Source of the DNA: an uncultured virus (IMG/VR IMGVR_UViG_3300048004_000231) | Taxonomy: Duplodnaviria; Heunggongvirae; Uroviricota; Caudoviricetes; Crassvirales | DNA length: 62,928 bases | Reading direction: 5' to 3' (one strand) | Virus record (IMG/VR): IMGVR_UViG_3300048004_000231 | Location: 1 to 62,928 of that record | In this document: positions 17,003-27,400 of the stretch, piece after piece | Numbering within the stretch: the stretch's first letter is position 1 | How the letters are laid out: the number at the start of each line of letters is the position of its first letter | Program-made: the position numbers and the translations under genes | The notes under the pieces: model-generated | The model's database searches: none | What the model was told of the DNA's origin: nothing | What the model saw: the letters and a program-made list of their open reading frames with translations, nothing else

Positions 17003-18571
17003 ATGGAATTTAATAACCCAAGCCAGATAGTAAAAGATTTGTCGTTCGGCGACGCTGGCAAAGCAAAAGTAATGCATGGTGTAGAACAATTAACCAATGC
17101 AGTAAAATCAACATTAGGCGCTTCAGGTAAATGTGTTATCTATGAAGATGCTCTTGGAAAACCGGTGATAACAAAAGATGGTGTAACCGTTGCGGAAAGC
17201 GTAGTCTTACTTGACCCGGTTGAAAATATAGGAGCAACACTTATTAAAGAAGCGGCTAAAAACACAGTGAAAGAAGCAGGCGACGGTACCACCACGGCGA
17301 CCGTCCTTGCTCATTCGCTATTGTTAAAAGCAAACAAAGCTTTACAGGACAAAGATAATACAATAAGAGATATTAAGAATGGAATTCAATCAGCAAGTGA
17401 AAAAGTTATTCAATATCTTTCTAAACACGCCAAAACAGTACATAGCGATATGCTTGGCCAAGTTGCAACAATTAGCTGCAACAATGAAAAAGAATTAGGC
17501 GCAAAAATCGGTGCTGCTTTTTCAAAAGTTGGTAAAGATGGTGTAGTGCTGATGGAAGAGTCTGATACAAATGAAACTTACGTAGATTTTGTAGAAGGCG
17601 TACAATTAGAGACCGGGCTTATATCTAACTATCTTATTACAGACAAAGATAAACAGAGAGCTGTTTTAGACAACCCTTATGTGCTTATTATATCTTCGCC
17701 TATATCAAATATAAGGAAAATACAAGGTGTCTTAGAACACGTTATTAAGAAGAATAGGGCGTTGCTTATTGTATCCGATGTGGAACAGCAACCTAAAGCT
17801 GCATTAATTACAAATAAAGTAAAAGGCAATATTAAGGTAAATATAATCGACCCTCCGGGATTTGGTCCAACTAAGCAAGATACTATTGAAGATTTAGCTT
17901 TTTTAACTGGAGCAAAGATTATAAATGAAGAATTAGGTGATGATCTTGATATGATACAGCCTGATTGTTTAGGGGAAGCTATAAAGGCAATAACAGATGA
18001 TAAAACAACCGTATTGCAAATAGGCGATCTAGGCGATGCTTTTGACGAAAGAGTTAAAGGAATACAACTAAAGATTCAGAATGAATCTAACCCGTACTTT
18101 AAAAGACGACTAGAGCAACGGTTAGCTATGCTAAACGGCGCAGTCGGAATTGTAAAAGTCGGCGCGGATTCTAAGGTAGAGCTAAAAGAAAAGAAAGACC
18201 GTATTGAAGACGCTATTTATGCGACAAAAGCCGCTTATAAAGAGGGTATAGTCCCAGGCGGTGGTGTAGCACTATTAAATGCCTCTACGCTTATTACACC
18301 TAAAAATAAGGGCGAAGAGATATTGCTAGAAGCTATTAGAGCACCTTACGAAACTATTTTAGATAACGCGGGGCTTGACATAGTGTATCCTAACAAAAAG
18401 GGATGGGGTATTGATGTAGTTACAGGTAAAAATGTAAATATGACCAGGAGCGGCGTTATAGACCCTGTGCTTGTAACAAAGACTGCTTTAAAAAATGCCG
18501 TAAGTGTTGTTAACACTATTATTTCAGCTGATTGTATAATTAATAATATTCGAGCAAATGAAGGCAATTAA
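17003..18571 (+). CDS. groL: Chaperonin GroEL
   Basis: [37 protein letters not shown] motifs. Confidence 0.97.
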   Translation: MEFNNPSQIVKDLSFGDAGKAKVMHGVEQLTNAVKSTLGASGKCVIYEDALGKPVITKDGVTVAESVVLLDPVENIGATLIKEAAKNTVKEAGDGTTTATVLAHSLLLKANKALQDKDNTIRDIKNGIQSASEKVIQYLSKHAKTVHSDMLGQVATISCNNEKELGAKIGAAFSKVGKDGVVLMEESDTNETYVDFVEGVQLETGLISNYLITDKDKQRAVLDNPYVLIISSPISNIRKIQGVLEHVIKKNRALLIVSDVEQQPKAALITNKVKGNIKVNIIDPPGFGPTKQDTIEDLAFLTGAKIINEELGDDLDMIQPDCLGEAIKAITDDKTTVLQIGDLGDAFDERVKGIQLKIQNESNPYFKRRLEQRLAMLNGAVGIVKVGADSKVELKEKKDRIEDAIYATKAAYKEGIVPGGGVALLNASTLITPKNKGEEILLEAIRAPYETILDNAGLDIVYPNKKGWGIDVVTGKNVNMTRSGVIDPVLVTKTALKNAVSVVNTIISADCIINNIRANEGN

Positions 18572-18815
18572 TTATTATCTAATAGTTGAAAAAGTAAAAG
18601 AGGGCCCTCGTATGGTTGGTGGCTTAGAATTAACAGACAGAGTTGACGATAGCGTTAGATATTTAAAAGCTAAAGTAATATCTGCTGGTAATTTAGTTGA
18701 AGGTGTAAAAGACGATGATATTGTATATTATGACCGTCACGCTGGACACGGCGTACAGGTAGGGGAAACGCTATATCAAGTTATAAGAATACAGGATATA
18801 GTTCTTGCAGAATGA
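18558..18815 (+). other. groS: Co-chaperonin GroES-like
   Basis: 85 aa overlapping groEL end; GGLEL mobile loop, AKVISAG...VK.DD.V.Y...AG...DIVL. Confidence 0.8.
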
Positions 18816-19252
18816 AACTAGAATCAGCTTCGCTGCGAGAATTACAATTATTAAAGTATTACAGGCTCATTCGTAAGTGGGCCTGTAAAACTTATAACTT
18901 AAAAGACGCAGATCTTGAATTATTGATATATCTAGATTGCAAAAAACGTTTTACACGTAATGATTTCATAGACGGCCAATACACATATTCTTGGGATAAA
19001 GATAGGTGGGAGCGGCTAAGGCGAGAAGGCTGGATAGAGGTTTGGCGGCATCGCAATCGTACTACAATTAAATATTCTATATTTCATACCTCTTTAAAAT
19101 GCAAGCAACTTATAATGCGCATATATAGGATTATGCTAGGCGAGGAAGACCTTCCTACTAGTTCTAAAAGCATATTTTACAAAAACAAAACGTATACAGA
19201 TAAAGTCTATAATAAGGCTATAGATGATATGATAAAAGATTCTGAAAGATGA
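18812..19252 (+). CDS. Hypothetical protein, possibly winged-helix
   Basis: LKDADLELLIYL...RLRREGWIEV pattern. Confidence 0.6.
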   Translation: MKLESASLRELQLLKYYRLIRKWACKTYNLKDADLELLIYLDCKKRFTRNDFIDGQYTYSWDKDRWERLRREGWIEVWRHRNRTTIKYSIFHTSLKCKQLIMRIYRIMLGEEDLPTSSKSIFYKNKTYTDKVYNKAIDDMIKDSER

Positions 19253-19383
19253 AAGCAATACCAATTACTAAAAAACTTTGTACAGCAGGCGGCGGATACG
19301 CATCACCAGCTAAGTTAGACCCAGCGGAGGAAGAAGAAAACAAACAAACTGCTTCTGAAAAAAAGCTATTTATAAATGAGTAG
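19249..19383 (+). CDS. Small PIT/SPxK-motif protein (44 aa)
   Basis: Manual translation MKAIPITKKLCTAGGGYASPAKLDP... Confidence 0.65.
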   Translation: MKAIPITKKLCTAGGGYASPAKLDPAEEEENKQTASEKKLFINE

Positions 19384-19384
19384 C

Positions 19385-19726
19385 ATGGGGTTTAAATTAA
19401 GAAGTAATATTAATAAACTTCTCGGTATAAACGAAGAGCTCTCATCATACACACATCCTGTATTTGAAAAAAATTTAGAAGATGGTGTTATTGCAGAAGC
19501 AAATAGAGACGGCACTACTTTTGTAAATAAAAAAGCTAGTAAGCAAAAAAAGAAAGAAGCTATTGAGCATGAAAATGTTCACCACGAGCAAATGCGCCGT
19601 GGTGATTTAAATTATGATGAAAATAATGTTTATTGGAAAGGAAAAACTTTTCCACGTGGCCCGCAGATGAACGAAGGGGCTAAAGGATTGCCCTGGGAGG
19701 CCGAGGCTTATAAAAGAACAAAATAA
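19385..19726 (+). CDS. Small zincin-like metallopeptidase
   Basis: HENVH (HExxH) plus LPWEAEAY downstream Glu; likely start MGFKLR. Confidence 0.75.
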   Translation: MGFKLRSNINKLLGINEELSSYTHPVFEKNLEDGVIAEANRDGTTFVNKKASKQKKKEAIEHENVHHEQMRRGDLNYDENNVYWKGKTFPRGPQMNEGAKGLPWEAEAYKRTK

Positions 19727-19727
19727 T

Positions 19728-19904
19728 ATGAAAGCAACACCAATTACACAAAAATGCAAATCTCCTCTAAGATTAGATGAAACAACTTTAGCTGCGGGGG
19801 CACAAGGCTACTCAAAGTTTGAAGACAGCGCTGCGGGAAAAGTAGCAAAGGCTGGTAAAGTAGTAGGAGATTCTTTTGAAAAACTTGCCAAGGCGGCACA
19901 ATAA
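19728..19904 (+). CDS. Small PIT/SPxK-motif protein (58 aa)
   Basis: Manual translation MKATPITQKCKSPLRLDE... Confidence 0.7.
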   Translation: MKATPITQKCKSPLRLDETTLAAGAQGYSKFEDSAAGKVAKAGKVVGDSFEKLAKAAQ

Positions 19905-19917
19905 TAAATAAAGAATT

Positions 19918-20880
19918 ATGAGAGCAACCCCAATTACAAGTGCATTAAAGCGCAAATATAGTCCTTTTAAAAAAGAAGAGAGCAAAGCGCAAAAAGAAAG
20001 CAAACAAATGCTTGCTGACCAAACTGGCGTATATGTACAAACTAAAATAAAAACACCTGGAACAGAAGGAACTCCAGCAACGCCAAAGAAAACGTTAAGA
20101 CAAGCGTATGATGATGCACTAGCATTAGGGTATAGAACAGAAGATGAAAGCTTTGAAGATTATGCTAAAAGAGCAAAAGCGGACCCGCAATATGGCACCA
20201 GTGGATCTGAGGGCGCAGAAGGCACAGAAGGCTCTGAACAAACTTCTGAGGTTAAACTAAAAACTAAAGTTGAGGGCACGGCTCAAACACCCGAAACATA
20301 TAGAAGGCAGGTAAGGTCGGGTAAATTTGCTGCAGGTGTTGAAAAAAGAGCGGCCGTTGATAAAGCAAGGGCCGAAGCAAAAGAACAAAAGCTTAAGGGA
20401 AAAGAAAAAAGAGATTATATAAAAAGTGCTAGGCTAAAAGCTAAAAAAATTCAAAAAGAAAAAATAGGCAAGCTAGCCGGAGAGGTATCAACAAATGTGC
20501 AAAAAACAGCTGAAGCTGGTAAAGGGGTTAAAGACGGCACTTATACAAAAGGCGAGCGTGATAAAATGCAGTCTGAGGTTACTGATCAATCTACTTTAGG
20601 AGCACGCACTTCGGGGCCCGGTGCAGCAGAAAAGTTTTTTGGTAGCTTGCCAAAAGATATTTCTTCTGATATTCAAATGAAATTCAGCCCAGCAAAGTTT
20701 AAATCATATGGTAAAAATTCACCTATGAAAAAGCTAACTGATATTTCCGGTGATGGCAAAGTTACTAAAAAAGATGTGCTTATAGGCAGAGGTGTTATTG
20801 GTAAAGACGGTTCACCTGCAAAATATGGCAATAAAAAATCGCCGTACAAAATGAAGGGTTACGGAAATAAAACTTATTAA
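19918..20880 (+). CDS. Basic protein with five SP-hydrophobic-K motifs
   Basis: MRATPITS...SPFKK, SPAK, SPMK, SPAK, SPYK; EF-hand/dockerin-like DISGDGKVTKKD. Confidence 0.8.
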   Translation: MRATPITSALKRKYSPFKKEESKAQKESKQMLADQTGVYVQTKIKTPGTEGTPATPKKTLRQAYDDALALGYRTEDESFEDYAKRAKADPQYGTSGSEGAEGTEGSEQTSEVKLKTKVEGTAQTPETYRRQVRSGKFAAGVEKRAAVDKARAEAKEQKLKGKEKRDYIKSARLKAKKIQKEKIGKLAGEVSTNVQKTAEAGKGVKDGTYTKGERDKMQSEVTDQSTLGARTSGPGAAEKFFGSLPKDISSDIQMKFSPAKFKSYGKNSPMKKLTDISGDGKVTKKDVLIGRGVIGKDGSPAKYGNKKSPYKMKGYGNKTY

Positions 20881-20882
20881 TA

Positions 20883-21167
20883 ATGTATATTCAAACAAAC
20901 TCTCCGTTTAAAAAACTTCGCAAAACCACGAAAGGAAAGGGGCGTCATTTTCTTACAGCTAAAGAAGGTGCTGGTATGACAGAAGCCGGGCGTAAAGCGT
21001 ATAATAAAGAAACTGGAGGTAAGCTTAAAGCACCGCAACCAGGCGGTGGCAGCCGAAGAACTTCATATTGCGCAAGATCACTTGGGCAAATGAAAATGCA
21101 TAATATTAATTGTAAGAAAACACCTAAAAAAAGAATCTGTGCGGCAAGGCGTAGATGGAATTGTTAA
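20883..21167 (+). CDS. Small basic protein
   Basis: NSPFKK start; RRTSYCARS...ARRRWNC. Confidence 0.8.
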   Translation: MYIQTNSPFKKLRKTTKGKGRHFLTAKEGAGMTEAGRKAYNKETGGKLKAPQPGGGSRRTSYCARSLGQMKMHNINCKKTPKKRICAARRRWNC

Positions 21168-21169
21168 TT

Positions 21170-21334
21170 ATGTTTAAAGAAGATAAAGGATTAGGCGATA
21201 CAGTAGAAAGATTTACAAAAGCTACAGGTATTAAAAATGTTGTTGATCGTGTGTCAAATGGATTAAATATACCATGTGGATGTGAAGGACGCAAAGAAGC
21301 GCTTAATAAAGTATTTCAGTATAAAAAAAGATAA
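21170..21334 (+). CDS. Small hypothetical protein (GLGDT...CGC type)
   Basis: Manual translation MFKEDKGLGDTVERFTKATGIK...PCGCEGRKEALNK. Confidence 0.75.
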   Translation: MFKEDKGLGDTVERFTKATGIKNVVDRVSNGLNIPCGCEGRKEALNKVFQYKKR

Positions 21335-21335
21335 A

Positions 21336-22082
21336 ATGAAAAAACAAGTAGGGCCAATCCCGATTACAGCTAAATTAAAAAGAACAACAAAAGGTGGTAT
21401 TGTACAGCCTCAAATTAAAACACTGCAGTCACCAGCTCAAAAAGCTTTAGTGGGTAAACAACATAATTTACCAAATCATTTAAAAGCTAAAATTGAAGCA
21501 GCACCAGAGTCACCGGCTAAACAAACTGGGAGGAATAGAGTTCAGCGAACAGATAAATTAGACGTAAAGCCAAGCAGAAGAGGCAGCGGCGACAGGGCAA
21601 GAGCTAGATCAACAGGTAGACAAATACAACAACAAAATGTTAAAAACGATCCTCATTATGGTATTAGCCCTTCTACCCGAACTTCACAGCCTGTACCAGA
21701 TTTATTAAAGGGCCCATCAAAACCACGCAAGCAAACAAAAACTGTAACAACTATTAAAAGCAAGCCTGTTGCTCAAACTACAAAACCTACTGCGTCTAAA
21801 GATATTAAACCAAAAGTAAAAACTAAAGCTGAAACAAGCATTAAAGCAAGCAAGCTAAGAGCTAAAGGCGAAAAAGCATTAGCAGAAGGTAAAACAGGTA
21901 AAGCGCAAAGACTTGCAAAACGTTATACTCGTAAAACTAAACGTGACGAAAATAAAGCTGCACGCCAAGAAAAAAGAGCAAATAAAAAAGGTTTGCGTAA
22001 AACCAAAAGATCTCTTATAAAACAAGAAGTAGCTAAACTTAGAGCTGCTAAAAAAGAAATAAGATCTTATAAAGATTATTAA
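21336..22082 (+). CDS. Very basic protein with PIT/SPxK motifs
   Basis: Likely start MKKQVGPIPITAK; K/R-rich. Confidence 0.75.
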   Translation: MKKQVGPIPITAKLKRTTKGGIVQPQIKTLQSPAQKALVGKQHNLPNHLKAKIEAAPESPAKQTGRNRVQRTDKLDVKPSRRGSGDRARARSTGRQIQQQNVKNDPHYGISPSTRTSQPVPDLLKGPSKPRKQTKTVTTIKSKPVAQTTKPTASKDIKPKVKTKAETSIKASKLRAKGEKALAEGKTGKAQRLAKRYTRKTKRDENKAARQEKRANKKGLRKTKRSLIKQEVAKLRAAKKEIRSYKDY

Positions 22083-22085
22083 TAA

Positions 22086-22544
22086 ATGCCAAAGAAAAAA
22101 TTTGCTGAAACAAATGTCGGCAAGCTTTTACTAGGTGCTGCTTCGGTAATAAATCCTGCATTAGGCAATGTATTATCGGGAGTTATGTCGCCCAAAGAAG
22201 CTATTGCAGAAATTACAAAAGCTGATATACCTGCGGAAGAAAAAATTAAATTACAACAATTAATTTTTGATCAACAGAATAAAGAAATAGAAGCTATAAG
22301 CACACGCTGGAAAGCAGATGCGGCTTCAGATTCGTGGCTTTCAAAAAACGTACGCCCACTAGTTTTAGTGTGGTGTATTGTTGTATTTAGCTTTGCGGGT
22401 ATATTAGACAGTGTAGATTCTATAGCTTTTAACATAGGAGTAACGTGGAATGATACATTTGAAAAAGTAATGATGGCAGTTGTATTAGCGTATTTTGGCG
22501 GCAGAACAACTGAAAAAGCAACAAATATATTTAAAAGCAAATAA
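22086..22544 (+). CDS. Holin-like membrane protein (GTA 3TM type)
   Basis: RWKADAASDSWLSKNVRP, two hydrophobic segments, YFGGRT.EK. Confidence 0.7.
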   Translation: MPKKKFAETNVGKLLLGAASVINPALGNVLSGVMSPKEAIAEITKADIPAEEKIKLQQLIFDQQNKEIEAISTRWKADAASDSWLSKNVRPLVLVWCIVVFSFAGILDSVDSIAFNIGVTWNDTFEKVMMAVVLAYFGGRTTEKATNIFKSK

Positions 22545-23218
22545 TGGCTAGAATTAGTATATATCAAAAGGATACTGACATAACTAGTCAAGACAAAGTA
22601 ATAGGAACAGATTTTAACGGATCGGTTACTAAAAACTTTCCGCTTGGTGGATTAAGCAATTTTTTTAGCCGTACTATAACAGTTGGCGGACAAGTTGCTT
22701 ATCAATTTGTAGATATAAAAAAAAATGCAAGTTTAACAGAGCCAGCAGACGATACCGCTTTTTCAGCGCTTACCACTTTTAAGCTAAGTGAAATTGACAG
22801 CGCGGGACATAACGTAGAAAATTTTTTACTTGAATATGCCGGCAAAAGAATTATTATAACACAAGTTGACAATAAAAACAATTATGGCTTTTATGATGTT
22901 ACTTCGGTTATAGAAGACGAAAATAATTTAAATTACTATGACTTTATACTTAAATATGTATCTGGCCATGGTAATTTAATTTTAAATAAGTATTATACTA
23001 TAATGCTCGCCGGGGGCGAAAAAGACAAGCATTATACACACAACCAGGGCATAGCAAGTGCAACTTGGAATGTATCTCATAATTTAAATAAATTCCCATC
23101 AGTAACAGTAGTATTATCTACAGGGCAAAAAGGCTATGCTGATGTTTCTTATACAGACACAAACAACTTAACAATAACATTTACCGGTGCTGAAACTGGT
23201 AAAGCATACATGAACTAA
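22544..23218 (+). CDS. Putative virion/tail protein
   Basis: N-terminus paralogous to 15478 protein; C-terminal WNVSHNLNKFPSVTV beta module. Confidence 0.65.
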   Translation: MARISIYQKDTDITSQDKVIGTDFNGSVTKNFPLGGLSNFFSRTITVGGQVAYQFVDIKKNASLTEPADDTAFSALTTFKLSEIDSAGHNVENFLLEYAGKRIIITQVDNKNNYGFYDVTSVIEDENNLNYYDFILKYVSGHGNLILNKYYTIMLAGGEKDKHYTHNQGIASATWNVSHNLNKFPSVTVVLSTGQKGYADVSYTDTNNLTITFTGAETGKAYMN

Positions 23219-23220
23219 TT

Positions 23221-24480
23221 ATGGCAATACCTTTTTTACATAATATAAATCTTAGCGGCAACGAAATACAAAACGTAAAGCTTCATAATACTTCTTCCGT
23301 CCCTGTGGCGGCAGCGGTTGGGAACCAAGGCCAATTATATTTTAACACTACGGCAAGTACAGGAGTGGATGGAACTGGTAAAAAAGTTTATATATCTACT
23401 GATGTAACTACTGCAAACACCTATGCTTATGAAGCTCTTGCTTTTGAAAGCTGGGTAAGTGATAATTTTAATAATTATTTATTACCTCTTGCGGCCAACG
23501 GAACACGAGGCGGCATACAAATAGGTTATACTGAAAACGCAAAAAACTACCCGGTTGAGTTAGATTCTGAAAAGGCGTATGTAAATGTACCTTGGACGGA
23601 TACGGTATATACACACCCAGATCACACAGGGCATGTAACCTCCGCGGCCGATGGTGCAACCACTTTAACGGTTGCTGCTATTACAGGGCAAACAGAGCTT
23701 GCTTCTGGATTAGCCAGTATAGATGAATTTGTAATTAGCGACGATGGCGTTATAAAAAGAATGGATGTAAGTGTTTTGCAAACATTTATGCAAAATAATC
23801 TTACTTTTACAACTGACACCAATACAGATACACTACAAGGTATATCTGCAGACAGTACTGACAATGATAGGTTTATCACAACAGTTGCTAACGCGTCAGG
23901 AGCACAGGAAGGCTTATCTCATTCTACTTTAAAATATAATCCAAGCTCAGAAACATTAAAAGTTACTAATTTAGTTATATCAGGCACTCAAACTACAATT
24001 AATACTGAAACAATTAATCTTGCTGATAATATTATTACTTTAAATAGTAATTTTACTGGAGACCCAGATACAGTAGTAGAAGACGCCGGTATTGAAGTTG
24101 AAAGAGGCACAGGGGCTAATGTTAAGTTGTTTTGGGATGAAAGTGAAGACGCTTGGACTGTAACTAATACCACAGGTGATTTTCAAATATTACAAGCTGT
24201 TGGCGCAGCTGCTGGTAAAATAAAAGTGCCTTTAACAGTAGATGCTTCGCCAGCTGCTGCTAATGTAACATCTGTAACTAAAACAAATAATAAATATACA
24301 ATTAATCACAGCCTTGCAACGCAAGATTTAATCATACAAATTGTTGATATTTCAGACGGAACACCTACTTATGAAACTGTATTTGCAGATATTGAAAGGC
24401 CAACTACTGGTACAATAACTATTGATTTTGCAAATGCTGTTACAGACGGCGATTATAAGCTATTAGCAACTCAAATATAA
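23221..24480 (+). CDS. Tail fibre-associated protein
   Basis: T/A/D-rich; DNIITLN...AGIEVERG...FWDESED module typical of phage fibres. Confidence 0.65.
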   Translation: MAIPFLHNINLSGNEIQNVKLHNTSSVPVAAAVGNQGQLYFNTTASTGVDGTGKKVYISTDVTTANTYAYEALAFESWVSDNFNNYLLPLAANGTRGGIQIGYTENAKNYPVELDSEKAYVNVPWTDTVYTHPDHTGHVTSAADGATTLTVAAITGQTELASGLASIDEFVISDDGVIKRMDVSVLQTFMQNNLTFTTDTNTDTLQGISADSTDNDRFITTVANASGAQEGLSHSTLKYNPSSETLKVTNLVISGTQTTINTETINLADNIITLNSNFTGDPDTVVEDAGIEVERGTGANVKLFWDESEDAWTVTNTTGDFQILQAVGAAAGKIKVPLTVDASPAAANVTSVTKTNNKYTINHSLATQDLIIQIVDISDGTPTYETVFADIERPTTGTITIDFANAVTDGDYKLLATQI

Positions 24481-24496
24481 TAATTAAATAAAATAA

Positions 24497-27400
24497 ATGG
24501 CAAATCGGTTTCTTAATAACATAAAGATAAACGATTCGTATACCCTGCCTACGGCAGACGGTGCAGCAGATCAGATAATAAAAACAGATGGCGAGGGCGA
24601 ATTAACCTTTATAAACCAAGGTGATGTTATTGCAGGTGAAGCCGATAAGGCTAAGTCTGTTATATTAAGGGTTAAAAACTCTACGTTATCTGCAATGACC
24701 AAAGGTCAAGTTATATGCGAAAATGTATCTATATCTCCACCAAGTGGCAACTTAATTGAAGTTGCTTTAGCTGACAATAACGTCGCAGGCAGAATGCCAG
24801 CTCTAGGTATACTAAACGAAGATTTAGATGCAGCTGGAGGTAATAAAGATGAGGGCAACGCTATTATGTTTGGTAAGGTATCGGGCATTGACACGTCTGC
24901 ATTTTCTGTAGGCGATGAAGTATTTGTAAGCGATACCCTAGGGGGGCTTACAACTACAAAACCAACTGGCGTAAAATATATTCAAAAAGTAGGCGTTGTA
25001 ATTAGAGATGACGAAGACAACGGTACAATAGAAGTATTCGGAGCAGGCCGTGTAAATGACGTACCAACTCCATTATATGTAGACCACGCTAATCAGCGTT
25101 TAGGTGTTGGAATTACAAGTCCGCAAACCACTCTTCATATGGGTGTGCAAGCCGCAAACCCGGCTAGGACCGAAGAGTTTAGATTAGAAAGTAGAACCGG
25201 TTCTGGTTTTGGAGGGAATTCTGTTGTAAATCTATACACAGGCCAATATGGAACTTCTGGAGTATATTTTGGGAATGATAGCACTTATACAAGTCAAAAA
25301 GCTAAAGTTGAGTATGTCGACTTTGATAACGCTATATATTATAGTGTTTTAGGCAATAGCATTAATTATCACTATTGGCAAAACGGTGGGTCAACAAAAA
25401 TGACCCTTAAAAATAGCTTTCTTGGTATCGGGACTACGAACCCTGGGCAAAAACTAGATGTTTCTGGAAATATTAAAATGACCGAAACCGCAGCTGCATC
25501 AGACACAGATAAGTTTGTTGTTTCTGACAGCGGAGTTCTCAAATACAGAACTGGCGCTCAGGTACTAAGTGATATTGGAGCGGCAGCGAGTTCACACAAC
25601 CACGACGATAGATATTACACCGAAACAGAGTCTGATGATAGGTTTTTAAGGCAAGATGGTTCAGGTAAAGAATTTGTTTTTGAAGTAAATGACGAAGAAA
25701 ATTTATCAGGGAATAAGTGGTATAAAATAGCCAGTGTAAATCAGGGCAATGGTGGGTTGCATATAAGAGGGTTTATAGCTAACCATGTTGAAAGTTTTAC
25801 GTCTCAAAAAATAAATCTTGCAATAAATGGCCGTGAATCGAATGACGGCTCTAATATAGAGGTGATTGGTACAGTTGACGTTCTCCATAACAATGAAACA
25901 GGTACGGACAAAGCTGGTATTAGAATTATAAAAGCAACAGATAGTACGTATGACCGTTATGACGTATATGTTAGAACTTCTAGGTATAATATGTTAAGGT
26001 TACACCTTACAAAATCTGGTAATACATCATTTTATACTTCACCAACACCAGCTACAACAGAACCTCAACCTGTTTCAGGCGGTAATGTTGAAATAGATAC
26101 CTCTAGTTTTTTACCAGGTATACATACAGTTACTGATAGTGCAGTTAGACAAGTAATTAAAGAAGGCGGCAACGTCGGGATTGGGACGACCAATCCTAGT
26201 AGACAACTAGAAGTTTCCAACACAGGGGATTCAATAATAAGAATAGCAGGGGATAGCGACAATGACACAGGAGAATTAGGAGATGCCGTACTTGAAATGA
26301 CTACTGATGGAGGAGGTCAAGGGTGGACAATAAGAAGTGCTAATGTAGGTGGAGGAACAGGTGATTTCAAAGTAAACACTTTTATAGGCGGTACTGAGTC
26401 AAATAAACTACTAATTGACAGGGACGGCAACGTCGGGATCGGAACGACAAGTCCTCAACAGAAACTTGATGTTAATGGGGATATTGCCATTAAAACTGCT
26501 ACCCAGCTTAGTTTTAATACCACCACTGGCACTCTTAGTGTTGGCGGTGACGCGGGGCAGCTCAATTTATTAAGTAGCAGTATTTTTATTAATTATACCG
26601 GCGACGTCGGGATCGGGGCTACGAACCCTGGGCAAAAACTAGATGTTTCTGGAAATATTAAAATGACCGAAACCGCTGCTACGGAAGATACTGATAAGTT
26701 TGTTGTGCTAGATTCCGGTGTTTTAAAATATAGAACCGGTGCTGACGTTATATCTGACCTCCCAACAGATAGTAGATATGTAGCAACTACTGGCGATACT
26801 ATGACTGGTGGCTTAACTATGAATAACAGCCAAATACAAATAACAGATAGTGGTGCGCAAGCTAGAATGTCGATAAATAACACCGGAACTGGCGATCCCC
26901 AAATTAATTTTCAATTATCTGCAAGCAGCAAATTTGCTATAGGCGTAGATAATAGCGATAATGATAAGTTTAAAATATCAGGAAGTTCAGCCTTAGGATC
27001 CAACGATAGAATAGTTGTAGATTCCTCAGGCAACGTCGGGATTGGGACTACCACGCCAACAGCTCCTTTGCATATACAAGGAGGAGCTACTAGTGAGGTT
27101 TTAAAAATAGAAGCAGACGCAAACCCTTATGCTAGATGGGTTGTAAATGGCACTAATGTAGGGTTTTTGCAGTTTTCTTCAACTAACGCTTATCTGTCAA
27201 ATATGTCAAACGGTTCTCTTTTATTTAGAACTAATAACACTGACAAAATGACTATCACTGGCGGAGGCAACGTCGGGATTGGAACGACTAATCCACAAAA
27301 CATATTACACCTTAAAAGCCCTAATCCTTATTTAATACTAGAGGACACTTCAAATGCGAATAAAAATAGAATTGCCAATGTAGATGGGAATATGCACTAC

